A stretch of DNA of 63,259 nucleotides, filler included, from Licmophora abbreviata (taxonomy: Eukaryota), in the NCBI GenBank assembly GCA_900291995.1. It is 43 parts of 43 records of this genome, joined end to end, with 100 filler letters (N's around TTAATTAATTAA, not from the genome) between each part and the next. Parts side by side here need not be neighbours in the genome. Positions count along the whole stretch, not along the records: positions 22,638 to 24,018 come from OLMU01006590.1; positions 24,119 to 25,498 come from OLMU01006591.1; positions 25,599 to 26,977 come from OLMU01006592.1; positions 27,078 to 28,447 come from OLMU01006593.1; positions 28,548 to 29,920 come from OLMU01006594.1; positions 30,021 to 31,392 come from OLMU01006595.1; positions 31,493 to 32,857 come from OLMU01006596.1; positions 32,958 to 34,320 come from OLMU01006597.1; 35 more parts are not named here. One strand, given 5' to 3'. Of the stretch, positions 23,055-34,420 are shown piece by piece (within the stretch, counting starts at the first letter, position 1; each line of letters starts with the position of its first letter). The notes under the pieces were generated by a model. The model was not told where the DNA came from. It did not search any database and worked only from the letters and a program-made list of their open reading frames with translations. The position numbers and the translations under genes are program-made.

Positions 23055-24018
23055 ATGTCATCCGATTCCTTAAATACCCCAGAAGCAGCCGTGCCCAGCA
23101 TCCCTCCCAGGGACAAGAGCCTGCGCCAACGCTTCGTGTCCTCGGGCAGCAAGATCGACCTCTACGGCCGTGCCGACAAGCAAGCTGCCTTGCTCACAGC
23201 CTACCAACAAGCCACGTCCGATCGTACTACTACTCCAACAACAAGCAAACACCACCAGACTCTCGTCTTGATTGAAGGCGAACCGGGGACGGGCAAGACC
23301 AGTTTGGCCCATTCGCTGCGCGCTCCCGTGCGCCGCGATGCGGGATTCTTCGTGACGGGCAAGTTTCCTCCCCTGCTGCAGGGGGAACCCTACGGTGTCT
23401 TTGTCACTGCACTGACGGACTATACCGACAAGATTTTTGCATCGCGCCATGGAAGGACGGGTCAAGTGCAGGAGCGACTTCGGAAGGCGATCTCGCGGCC
23501 GGAAGATCAAGAGCTTCTGAGGAGCATCATTCCTGCCTTGGATCAAGTTTTGGGTGGAAGTAGTAGTGGGACTGATAGAGATAGCAAGGCGATCGAGGAG
23601 AACAATGTCTTCCCTCAAGAGGCACACAGCAACAGCACCAGTACGAAGAAACACACTCGCTCGTTGTCACCGCGTCACGACAAGAAGCAACCGCCTACAT
23701 CGCACGCGCTGCACCGATTTCATTTTCTAGTTTGCACGTATATTCATACGCTGCTCGCAGGGGACGGAGGTCCCCTGGTCTTGTTCCTGGATGATCTACA
23801 CTGGGCGGATACAGCGTCGCTCGAACTGTTGCGAGCCCTGTGCGAATGGAATAGTGACTCGCCCTTGCTTCTTTTGGGCGCCCATCGACACGTGACTCCC
23901 GATGATACCCGGCCCTTTGCGGTGGCCCTGGCTTCCATTCAAGCGCGAGCGGATCACGATCAGACTACTACGGCTAGTACTAGTAGCACACACCATCAGC
24001 AACTGCACCATCATCATC
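23055..24018 (+). CDS. AAA_16/STAND-type P-loop ATPase N-terminal domain, 3'-truncated
   Basis: LYGR, Walker A GEPGTGKT, FVTGKF, Walker B LVLFLDDLHWAD. Confidence 0.88.
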
Positions 24019-24118
24019 NNNNNNNNNNNNNNNNNNNNNNNNNNNNNNNNNNNNNNNNNNNNTTAATTAATTAANNNNNNNNNNNNNNNNNNNNNNNNNN
24101 NNNNNNNNNNNNNNNNNN

Positions 24119-25395
24119 ACACCTCCACTTCGTAGTCACTAGCTCTGCCTCTCCGCTTCGGACCTCGTCGAAACACAGGGCCATCAACCACTCCGTCCTT
24201 CTGGTACCATGCCACCATCCTTTCAACCCATACTCTGGGCTTTAGACCCGAGACTGACTCAGCCGCCAGAGGCAAGAGATGGTACATCTCTCCTGTCTCT
24301 CCCTTAAAGCGACCCAAGAGAGCCACTACCACATGAGGTTGCTCGACGTTGCGCCCGCTTTCATCCAAGTGCTTCCGGATTCCCGCGAGGTCAGCGAGTG
24401 GCGTCTCTTCCCCACGCAGCCCTCCGCAAAACGAGACAACAGAAAACAACGCAGGGAACAAAACACGCGATTGGGATATCCTGTCCCCTTCCGCATCTTC
24501 CCACTTTTGCTCGAATCTGTCCATCAACTCTAGCATTACCTCAATGGAAATGGCCAAATCGGGAATACTCTTGTCGCCCATTCTCTTGTGCATACCTAAG
24601 TTGAAGCGCTCATACCAGTCGGTAAACGTGGGGCACGACGTGTGAAACAGCTTTGTTGTCTCTCGGGCCATCACCGCAACCCCCGTCCCTTCAACAGAGG
24701 CGTGCCACACATTCGAAAACCCGCTCCGTAACTTCCGCGCCGTCTCGAATTGTATGGTGGCCTCATTTTTTCCGGGATCCAATGTCCGCACCAGAGTAGC
24801 GCAGGCTACTCGCATCCCAACAACATCCTTAACCGGGTGAGGACCTAAAGGGGGAAACGGGTCATCAATTCCAAGGACGCTACTCTTCTTCAACAAGAGC
24901 CGGGTCTGACTCCGGGTGCTAGAAACAGTTCCAGGCTCCCGCGACCAGAACGCATCAAGATTGGCTCGCCGCACACACGAAAGAAGAAGGGAATCCCTGG
25001 TACTCGTGAATCGGGTTGCGACGTTGTATGTTGCGAAAATGACACACATCACATTGAAATTGACAGCACAAGTTGTCGCCGGCACGCGCGACAATGAATC
25101 GCTCGCTATCCTCCTCAAGATCGAGATCGTTCCCCTCTTCATCCGTAGGGCGCCGAATAGGAAAGTCAGGACAAATCTCCGCGTCGTAACAGTTGCCACA
25201 CCACGCCTTCCGACATGGCGTCCAGCCCTCTCGTCTGGCCGAGTAGTTTCCGCAAAAAATTCCTTGGGACCACGAGATGGTTTTTCGACATTTCTCGCAA
25301 TTTCCTTTCAGCGTCGTCCATGAGGCGGGTGGATCGAAGTCTCCAGGGTCTGTGAGAGATGAGAGGAAAACAAATTCCAACAATGAGAGGTTCAT
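24119..25395 (-). mobile_element. Tyrosine recombinase with Cys-rich N-terminus (second YR-element lineage); frameshift near 25005; 3'-truncated
   Basis: CEKC..C..CRKAWCGNCY, CCQFQCDVCHFRN / RRANLDAFWSREP, GGLRGEE (box I Arg), LLGRFKGETG (catalytic Lys), DGPVFR. Confidence 0.72.
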
Positions 25396-25498
25396 GCTGT
25401 TCGAGGCTCCACAGCGAGGAGCCGGTACAAGGAATTGAAAAGACGAGGTCCGCCGCCTTTTGAAGAGTCTTCCGCCACCACGCCGTCATGAGTCTGGG
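25166..25498 (-). mobile_element. C-terminal tail of an upstream ORF (probable pol) overlapping the recombinase start
   Basis: WWRKTLQKAADLVF..HEPLIVGICFP..PWRL; the frame is open from the contig edge and overlaps the YR ORF by about 230 nt. Pol identity is inference. Confidence 0.45.
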
Positions 25499-25757
25499 NN
25501 NNNNNNNNNNNNNNNNNNNNNNNNNNNNNNNNNNNNNNNNNNTTAATTAATTAANNNNNNNNNNNNNNNNNNNNNNNNNNNNNNNNNNNNNNNNNNNNTT
25601 CGAAGGTCATTGAAACGGGTCATTTTGATAAAAACAAAGTGTGACTGTCGAGCAACCATGTGGTCTCCCCCGGTCATCACGTTGTTGTTGCGTTCTAGCA
25701 CTAGTACCTCCATCCTACGCGCAGCAGCTCTTTGTTCCTTCCTTTTTGACCTGGACC

Positions 25758-26933
25758 ATGATGATCTCTCGACAGGCTTGTTCACTGATGGCCTTGTGTC
25801 TGACTTGTAGTATCACCATCGCCGCCGTCTTGAAGATTCGAAAGAACAACGACGGCGTTGGAGCGATGAGTGCTTATCATCCGCACCGCGCGCTCAGTAG
25901 CAATACCAATTATAGTGCCCACCACCACCACCACCATCATGGCATATTTACGGACGATCAAGCAGCGGAGAATGCACAGCTGGTACAGTCTACACGATCC
26001 TCTTTCCAGCAGCTCTGTTCAGAACAGATGGACGATTCGCAGCAGCTGAAAAATGTCATCAATGGCATGTTCCAAAAGTCCATGATACGACAGGGCACAC
26101 ACGAAGACTCGCTTCCCATTCAGACATGCAATCGAGTCTTTCTCGATCTAGGCAGTCATACTGGACAGAGTGTCGCTCAATTCATTGATGCTGGCCTACC
26201 GACGTGTCCCGGCATGTCCGTGGGCAGTCGATGGAACTATGGAATGGGATCGGCGCGACCGACGAACTTTAACAGCACCCATCATCATACATCATCATTG
26301 ACGACATGGGTGAAGGAGCGGCTGCACGAGTTTGATCCAAAGGATGCTTCGCCCGAAGATTACTGTGTCTTTTCCGTGGAAGCAAATCCCGTCTTTACCA
26401 CTCAGCTGAAAGCCATGGAGCGAGACATTATGCGCACGACGCCACGGCCTGTGCGACGACTGCATTTCCTTACGGACACGGCCATCGCTGACAAGACCAA
26501 ACCTACGAAGTTGTATTTGGATACAGTTTCGTCGCAAAAGGGAAATCACATGTTTGGATCGTCCATATACTCCATGCACAGTGACGTTCAAAGGTCCTAC
26601 CAGCAGTATCCCAGTGTCCTGTCGGCGGCCGTGGAGGGTTTGAGCTTCTCGGCGCTTCTCAAGCAGACACTTTCGGGACAGCACGGCGGTCATGTCATGA
26701 TCAAGATGGATATCGAGGGAGCCGAGTACAAGTCGCTTACGCAAGCAGTAAAGTCGAATGCCTTGTGCGGATATGTCACGCGAAACAAGATGAAGGTGGA
26801 CTTGTTGGTCGAGTACCATTCGTCGGAACGAGTCGGAGACAATGAAGACTTGAACTTGTACGAGAGCATGTTGATCCGACAACAAATGAAGGATTGCGGG
26901 GTTAACTTGTACGAGGTAGAGTCGACTGAATAA
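25758..26933 (+). CDS. FkbM-like SAM-dependent methyltransferase, type II membrane
   Basis: N-terminal hydrophobic segment, VFLDLGSHTGQS, VEANP, IKMDIEGAEY. Confidence 0.8.
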   Translation: MMISRQACSLMALCLTCSITIAAVLKIRKNNDGVGAMSAYHPHRALSSNTNYSAHHHHHHHGIFTDDQAAENAQLVQSTRSSFQQLCSEQMDDSQQLKNVINGMFQKSMIRQGTHEDSLPIQTCNRVFLDLGSHTGQSVAQFIDAGLPTCPGMSVGSRWNYGMGSARPTNFNSTHHHTSSLTTWVKERLHEFDPKDASPEDYCVFSVEANPVFTTQLKAMERDIMRTTPRPVRRLHFLTDTAIADKTKPTKLYLDTVSSQKGNHMFGSSIYSMHSDVQRSYQQYPSVLSAAVEGLSFSALLKQTLSGQHGGHVMIKMDIEGAEYKSLTQAVKSNALCGYVTRNKMKVDLLVEYHSSERVGDNEDLNLYESMLIRQQMKDCGVNLYEVESTE

Positions 26934-27289
26934 AGTTGTTTAAAGCTGACGGCGGGTTCCTCCTGGGGAATAGACTTNNNNNNNNNNNNNNNNNNNNNNN
27001 NNNNNNNNNNNNNNNNNNNNNTTAATTAATTAANNNNNNNNNNNNNNNNNNNNNNNNNNNNNNNNNNNNNNNNNNNNTAGCTGGGAAGTTAGAAGCGGAG
27101 TGCATCGAGGCGTTTCCCAGCGGCAATTAGACGAAGCTCCATTCCAAACTCCATTCAACCGTCCATTGTAGCTCCGCATCAATGGCCGACACAATTCTTT
27201 TCCCTGTTTCCTCAACACTAAATAACCCTTCCTGTCGTGCTTCCATCGAATGCATACGCTATTCTCCATCCACCTACGAGCTAGGTACG

Positions 27290-27830
27290 CTAGGCTTCGT
27301 CAGGCGTCTTGCAAATCATGGCGTCGACCGCATGCACGGGGCCCTGCAGCTCTTCCCAAATGGCTTTGTATACCATCTGCTGTCTCTGTACCGCCCGTTT
27401 TCCTTCGAATTTCGGGGACACGACCTCGATCGAAATGTGCGATCCATTGGGGTCGTCGTACGCGCCTGTGGGCGATGTTTCGTGTGAGAGAAAATGCAAC
27501 AAGTCGCCACAAAGCAGAAAAACGCGGACAGAGTCAGTCTGGCTTCCGAGAGTCACCAGCTCTATTGTACTCTGCATCCCACTCACCTGTTACTTTGACG
27601 TTATCCGTGTCGAGCGCTGCCTGGATCTTTTCTTGACAAGTGCCGACAATGGAGGTATCCGGCTCACCGGTGGTGGACAGGCTGCGACTGCTACTACTGA
27701 TGAATCGCGAGCCTTGGAATCTGGAAAAGGACTTTGACCAAACTGGCCTTGTGCCAAAGGCCCGAGCTGCAGCGGAAAACATAATAAAAAAGAGAACAGT
27801 CCAACACGGCGTCCGGGCAGGCATCTTCAT
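27290..27830 (-). CDS. bolA: Organelle-targeted BolA-like protein; intron 27466-27586
   Basis: Spliced [37 protein letters not shown]; signal peptide ending ARAF followed by a Ser/Arg-rich transit peptide. Confidence 0.88.
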
Positions 27831-28547
27831 GGTCGTGGCAACACACACACTTTGAGCGCAAGTTCCTCTCATCGCTTCCGACACATAGTCAACAAAAAAC
27901 TGCTTGAATATGGATTGTGACGTCAGTATGTTTGTATTTTGGATCTTTTCTGACGAAAACCTTGTCAAATCTTGCCAAAGCTTTCGAAATCGAAGTTGTA
28001 CTTGCTGGCTCGTAGAACGCCATACTTCAAAACGTCAACACAATTGCCCTTAAAGGGTTATGGATACTTTGTTTATGGCAAAATTTTCACATACTGATTC
28101 CTCTGTAGATTCCTACGTAAATGGCCGGTCCACTGGTGACGCGTGAGGATCGCGTTGTCTTCGAACCCATCGCGTTGCTCGTGCCCCCAAGTCTCGAGCC
28201 GTGGCTGTCTCTTTCGTCTTTTGATCACCTTGCCCCCGCTTTTCTCATGAATAATCGCCCGCAGAAGAATCCTCCTGCAGGGACCAATGCTCCGTCGTCC
28301 CATACCGCTCCTTCCAACGGCTCGCAGCCCTTCCCTCTGCCGCCGCAGCAATCTCACGGTGCTCATGTACCAGGTCGTACGAATCCTCCCACGAACGCGG
28401 GGGCACCGCGAGGCATGGGCATGCAGCTCCCCCCCAACCACCCCCATNNNNNNNNNNNNNNNNNNNNNNNNNNNNNNNNNNNNNNNNNNNNTTAATTAAT
28501 TAANNNNNNNNNNNNNNNNNNNNNNNNNNNNNNNNNNNNNNNNNNNN

Positions 28548-29920
28548 CGCCTGCAACGTCGTAGCCGCACGCACTTCATCCGGCGCTTCTAGTATCATCG
28601 TATCCGCCAAGGAGGGAACGCCTTCTCCTCCATGGATGTGCCGATACAAGGCTGCCCGATGAGCGATTTGCTCGGCCTGCTGGGGAGTCGGCAACCCGAA
28701 CAAGAAAGGCTGGATGCCCAGCGTCAAATCGTCTTGATTAGCGCCGGCGAAGGTCATGGCTACTAGCTTGGACACCAAGGAGACTGACACCGGCACTTCG
28801 AAATAGATGCCCAGCGCCTGACGCTGTTCATCGACGACATTCTGAACCGTAGTAAGGCGGCTGATCTTCGGAGCGCTCGCCAGTTGCAACCAGAGCGGAG
28901 GAAGGGCCGACTCCTGCGCCACTTGACAGAGGCGCATAAGCTTTGAAAGACCTTGCGTCCCGTAGAACTGCAGAGGAGTCTTACCGCGCTCAGTCGCTTT
29001 CTGCCTCGCTAAAGCGTCCAAGCGCTGTTGACGCTGCTCAGCAGTCAGCCCGTCGATGGCCGAGATGACCGGCTGAAGAGTGGCCATCGGAGGCGCGGCA
29101 GCTTGCTTCCACGCAGGGAGATCTTGGCTGACCTTGCGGTCAAAGAAGCGTATCAGTGCCGCATTGGGCGGCTGGGGCATTTGGGGCCACGGTCTTGCGA
29201 CTGCGGACATGTGAGGGTCGCCGAGCACCGAGGTCGCGGCGACCTTGAGATAGTCCAAGAGGGGACGGCAAGCGTCCACGGCGTTGGCTCCTCTGGCGGC
29301 CAGTAGCACACGACGAAAAGCTTCTTTCGGAGCTAACGGCGAAGGCAGCAGCAAATGCACGAACATGAACGGGACGAATGTCGCCAAGCGGGTGCGGACC
29401 TCTACGTGCCCTTCGCCCACTTCGCCAACGTCGTGAGGAACCAGACCGACCGGGTCATGCGTCACAGCCGCGAGCATGTTGTCATCATTCAGTACCCATG
29501 TCCCTGCCGGTGCTAGGTTACTGTTCGTATCCGGGAAGGGCGCCAGCACAAGCTGTTGTTGGACCACGTCGCCGACTAAGGCGTAGGTGTTCCCGTCCCA
29601 CGGCTCAGCGGGACCTACTACCGTCACAGGATACTTCGTCACCCGATGGAACACTTGAATGACTCCATCGTCTTCACCTCCGGCGACGCGGCAATGCTGA
29701 TCATGGCTAGAGGAACGTCGTGCGCTGAGGCGGCGACGATACGGTTGGCCAGTACCTGGGGATTGTACCTCGAGTTCCCCAGGACCGGGACCAAGAAGTC
29801 TTCTTCCACATCGGCATAGTCCTTGCGGTGAGGGTCATTCTCATCGGATAAATAATAATCCTGGTATGACCTGGCAATGATCGGGGGAGGTTGCACGCCC
29901 CCGATCTCAACTGCTGCTCC
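28548..29920 (-). mobile_element. Second ORF1/gag-like homolog (N-terminal and central part); frameshift near 29690
   Basis: SKLMRLCQVAQESALPPLW..ASAPK, DDLTLGIQPFLFG and GVPSLAD align with SKLLRVCQVANEDALPQLW..ASSPK, DDLSTGIHCFTFG and GAPSLAE of 9182-10595. Confidence 0.55.
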
Positions 29921-30020
29921 NNNNNNNNNNNNNNNNNNNNNNNNNNNNNNNNNNNNNNNNNNNNTTAATTAATTAANNNNNNNNNNNNNNNNNNNNNNNN
30001 NNNNNNNNNNNNNNNNNNNN

Positions 30021-30314
30021 ACACACCGAGGCGCCTTGCGGCTGGCCGTGCAGGCCCAGCCATATGAGCACCGCCGCGCCAAGGATTCCTGCGGCGTTAA
30101 AAGCCATTGGCGAGGCCGCGATGAGCGCCGTGATACCCGCCGCCGACAAGGTCAGGAACAGCACCGCCTGGCTGAGGATCGCGGCCACGGCCCAAAGACC
30201 CCGGCGCAGACCATGCGCCATGCCGGTCTGAATGCAATTGAGGTGGTTCGGCCCCGGTGTCACCACGAACACCACCCAGAACAGCGCGAAAATGGTCCAT
30301 GCCTCGAAGCTCAT
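30021..30314 (-). CDS. Bacterial LysE/RhtB family translocator, N-terminus
   Basis: VVTPGPN, HG.RRG, GAAVLIWLG. Confidence 0.88.
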
Positions 30315-30324
30315 GCGGGCGCTC

Positions 30325-30897
30325 TCAATAGACCGGCGGCGCGATGACCCAGATCGCAACGCAAGGCGTGTCATGCGGATTGGCCCAGCTATAGGGCTCG
30401 CCACGAAAGCGGAAACTGTCGCCGGGACCCACGCTGAAGCGGCGATTGCCGATGCTCAGCTCCAGTCGGCCCGAGATGATGTAGCCCACTTCCTGCGTCG
30501 GGCGTTGGGCCGGGGATTGCATGCGCGAGCGGGGTCGGAAGGTGGAGTGGATGACCTCGAAATCATCGGTGAGATCCGGGGACAGCAATTCCTCGATCAG
30601 ACCTTCCTCGCCCGATCCCATGGGGCGGCGGGCGCCGGTGCGCACGACGTAGCCCTGTTCATCGGCGGGGGCGCTGGCATGGCCGAACAGCAGGGACATC
30701 GGCACACCAAGCTGTTCGGCGATCTGACGCAGATCCGAGATCGACGGCTCGGAAAGATCGCGCTCCACCTGACTGAGCCAGCCGACCGAGCGACCGAGAC
30801 TGTCGGCGAGATCGGCCAGCGTCAGGCCGCGCGCCTTGCGCAGGGCGCGTAGATCGGCCCCGAGGGTCTGGGCGCGGCTGATATCGATTTGCTGCAT
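30325..30897 (-). CDS. Bacterial XRE-family HTH + cupin transcriptional regulator
   Basis: LGADLRALRKARGLTLADLA..SVGWLSQVER; C-terminal cupin EVGYIISG..GDSFRF. Confidence 0.92.
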   Translation of the reverse strand: MQQIDISRAQTLGADLRALRKARGLTLADLADSLGRSVGWLSQVERDLSEPSISDLRQIAEQLGVPMSLLFGHASAPADEQGYVVRTGARRPMGSGEEGLIEELLSPDLTDDFEVIHSTFRPRSRMQSPAQRPTQEVGYIISGRLELSIGNRRFSVGPGDSFRFRGEPYSWANPHDTPCVAIWVIAPPVY

Positions 30898-30924
30898 GGG
30901 GTGCGACGGCTCGTTGATCGGGGC

Positions 30925-30988
30925 GTGAAAAAATCACTTTGAATTTCACCGTGGCGCGATTCCGTGAAAAAATCAAAGAAAATTTCAC
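30925..30988. promoter_or_regulatory. Two tandem GTGAAA-N13-TTTCAC palindromes upstream of the XRE gene (probable operators)
   Basis: gtgaaaaaatcactttgaatttcac (30925-30949) and gtgaaaaaatcaaagaaaatttcac (30964-30988). Confidence 0.65.
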
Positions 30989-31051
30989 GCCGCGCTGCAG
31001 CGCATGTGAGACGTCGGTGGACCGGTTACAGGCGTTGTGCGGAAGGCTGGT

Positions 31052-31392
31052 TCAGAGCTTGCCGAACACGTCGCTCAGGATCGCGGCCAGCCCGTCGGCA
31101 TCGGCCTGATCGAAAGCGGCGGGACGGTCGCTGTCGATGTCCAGAACGGCGATGACCCGATCAGCGCCATCGAAGACAGGCAGCACGATTTCCGAACGGG
31201 TCGAGCTGGAGCAGGCGATGTGATCGGCGAACGCATCGACATTATCGACGAGCTGCACCTCTCGCGTGCGGGCCGCAGCCCCGCAGACCCCCCGCGAGGA
31301 GGGGATCACAAGGCAGCCATGCCCGCCCTGATAGGGGCCGATCTTCAAAAGCTCGGGCGCGGTGACACGGTAGAAGCCGGTCCAGTCGAACC
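31052..31392 (-). CDS. Bacterial GAF-domain protein (free methionine-R-sulfoxide reductase-like), 5'-truncated
   Basis: FDWTGFY, IGPYQGGHGC, GVCGAAA, HIACSSSTRSEIVLP, VLDIDS. Confidence 0.88.
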
Positions 31393-32081
31393 NNNNNNNN
31401 NNNNNNNNNNNNNNNNNNNNNNNNNNNNNNNNNNNNTTAATTAATTAANNNNNNNNNNNNNNNNNNNNNNNNNNNNNNNNNNNNNNNNNNNNTGTTATGC
31501 CTCGACTGCTTGACTTGCAAGATCTGATCTGGATAGATTTTGTTTATTATCAATATATAGTGACGTGCAAGGCAGGCTCGAAGTTGTTTTTACTTGTAAG
31601 CACCTAAGGATTTTGCAATGTGGGGACAGCCTTCTTAACTTTGCTTTGGGAACCGGGTACCTTATACGTATGGTATCATAGCAGGTACCGACCGTTGACT
31701 TGTCGAGAAATTAACTGTGTGAGATTTCTGCCCGGCCACGAACATTTTATTTATCATCTCAGGACATTTCCGAAAGGTAATATCAGCAGTTTGTCGCTTG
31801 CGAACTTTCTCTTTGTCAATATGCTTGTATGGTCCCCGGGCTCTGTCAGCTTGGTTAACAACTCAACTACAAGCTACTACCGTGGTTTAGGTACGTCGCA
31901 TACAAAGGACCGCCAGGCGAGAGTCGCAAGAAGCGCTACGGTAGACTTCCTGGTTTAGGCACGGGTGCTGGCACTTGCAATAAGAGTCTACATAGGCATC
32001 CAAGAAACAATGGTGAAAAGGTGTCGCAGACATACTCGTAGGAGACTAGAGACTTTTGTCAGATTTTTCGTGCATGTTAGA

Positions 32082-32857
32082 TCAGGTCGTAGCTTGTCGC
32101 TTGATGTCCTTAACTATCGCTCGAAATTCATTGACATCCACGCGATAGTCTCGGTGCCTATAAAAGTCCTGATGCTTTTCGTTGTACTTCAAACTCTCTT
32201 CCGTGTGCTTGGTGAACGACTCGTCGGGAGCAAGCCAATACCGATACAGTCCGAGAATTTTCGCAAGATGGGCGTATCCATACTTTTGGAACCCCCATGG
32301 ATGGGTCTCGATCACTATTATTACGTGAAGTGGATCCAAGAAAGGGCACAAGTGTGAGGAAACATGTCAAATATATCTGAGATCACGGGAACTCCGCGGT
32401 ACCTGTACATGTACCAAACATGATCTGCAAGCACGTGCTGCAGAAGTAATGCACTCACCAGCAGTAGAATTCTGACACGCCATGATGTTGGCGAAACCAG
32501 CTCCGTGAGATCCAAAGACAACTGCCGCGGAGCGAATCTTTTTGTTGGACTCTTCCAGCGGCAGCTCGGAGAAGACGACCTCCTCCACATGGAAGCCTTC
32601 CTGTTCCATGACAGAGACCAACTCCTTCTCATTGAGTATCCGGCGTTTCTTGCTGTCTTTTCGGGATATGAGAATTGCTTTCTTGGGGTCAAGCGCGACC
32701 CGCGTGAGACCGGTTTTCTCAACAAAGAAGTCGCGGTACCGGCTCAACAGGCTCGTTACATGACGATCGATCCCATAAATCGGCCCAGTATTGATCCCAA
32801 GAGGGTGACGCACAATTGTGTTCAGATACAAGCGCTCCCCTGTGTGGTGATGGCCAA
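32082..32857 (-). CDS. GT61-like glycosyltransferase, C-terminal part; intron 32315-32458
   Basis: ISRK..RRILNEKEL, GSHGAGFANIM; splicing yields NSTA|VIETHPWGF. Confidence 0.82.
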
Positions 32858-33154
32858 NNNNNNNNNNNNNNNNNNNNNNNNNNNNNNNNNNNNNNNNNNN
32901 NTTAATTAATTAANNNNNNNNNNNNNNNNNNNNNNNNNNNNNNNNNNNNNNNNNNNNGTCATCGTCACAATCCATCAGCAGCATCAGCATTGCCTTTTGT
33001 TAGATCCCTACTTTGCTCATTCGTTGCTTCTACCCTACTGGCTGTGTTGATTGACTTCCAAGAAGCATTTCAAGCTGTGAATAGAAACTGAAGTGAGTGT
33101 TGTCGCTTCCTAGTCTTTGTACAGAACTTCCCAAAATTCAGAGTTTCGCCGACC

Positions 33155-34320
33155 ATGACGACGATTGGAGCTTCGACGACACACTCGCTCAAGGTCAAGA
33201 AACCTATTCCAACCCTCACAAAGAAGGGAGGTGTCAAGAAATCGGCAAAGGCTGGAGCTGGTCGACGAGGCTCGATTGCTCCCCCACTCACTCCTGCCAC
33301 ACTGAACACTCCACAAGCTGTCCAGGCCTTCCAGTCACTGACCTCCGACGCGCAAAAGGACAAGGTCATCGACCTCATCCGAGCTTGCACCGGCGAGTCT
33401 TCGCTCATAGACAAGTCGAAACCTCATACTGCCTCGACTACTCGCGATCGAAGCGGCGCCGCGGCCGATCTCGCGGTCGCCACCGCGACACTGGGCATTG
33501 CCTTTGCCTTGCGCTCGTGTGGTATTCAGGATGACATGCAGCGCATCCTCTTTCCTCAAGGCATGACCAGTCTCTTTCAACAAACGGATGGCAAAAAGAC
33601 TCCCACGACGACCAGCTTGAAACCGAGTTTGTCCTCTCTGAGTTTGGCCAGTATGGACGATGCGATGAGTGTCGCGACCATCAATTCCACCGGCACCGAT
33701 TCGAAACGCGGCAAATCGACACCTCCCGATGCCCGAGAGGGATGTTTGTTGCTGATTCGTGCACTCTGCGAGAAGGTCGGCAAGCCGGCGGAGCCCTTTG
33801 TGGTGGGAGGTTTCTTGGCGGCCGCTCTGGACGAATGCGGCAGTTCCTCCAGCAGCGTGCGTCAGGCGGCAGAGGATGCAGCGACGGCACTCGTATCTTT
33901 GGCACACCCTTGGTCTTTTCCGCGACTGGTGTGTCCACTGCTGCTTCAGTCGTTGCACTCGACGGAATGGAGAGTCAAGTTCAATGGACTGGAACGACTT
34001 ACACAGTGTGCCAAGACGACGGCACCCAAACAGACATGTCAGTTGTTACCGACACTCATTCCCGTGGTGAGTTCGCAAGTATGGGATACCAAGGCGCAAG
34101 TCACCAAGGCAGCTAGAGAGTGTCTGTTGGCCATGTGCCAGACGAATGAGAATCCGGATATTACTCCTGCAATTCCAGCAGTCGTGAATGCCATTTGCAA
34201 GCCTGCCGATACCAACAAGGCTGTCCAGGAGCTCATGGCTACAACCTTTGTCGCATCGGTCGATGCTTCCACACTTTCCATTCTGTGTCCAGTTTTTGGC
34301 GCGGGCCTTGAAGGAGAAGC
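33155..34320 (+). CDS. HEAT-repeat N-terminus of a eukaryotic elongation factor 3-like (eEF3) protein
   Basis: AREGCLL..AEPF, WRVK, WDTKAQV..AA, NPDI.P.IP, ATTFVASVDASTLSIL.PVL.RAL (the last motif needs one T removed at 34293-34297). Confidence 0.75.
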
Positions 34321-34420
34321 NNNNNNNNNNNNNNNNNNNNNNNNNNNNNNNNNNNNNNNNNNNNTTAATTAATTAANNNNNNNNNNNNNNNNNNNNNNNN
34401 NNNNNNNNNNNNNNNNNNNN

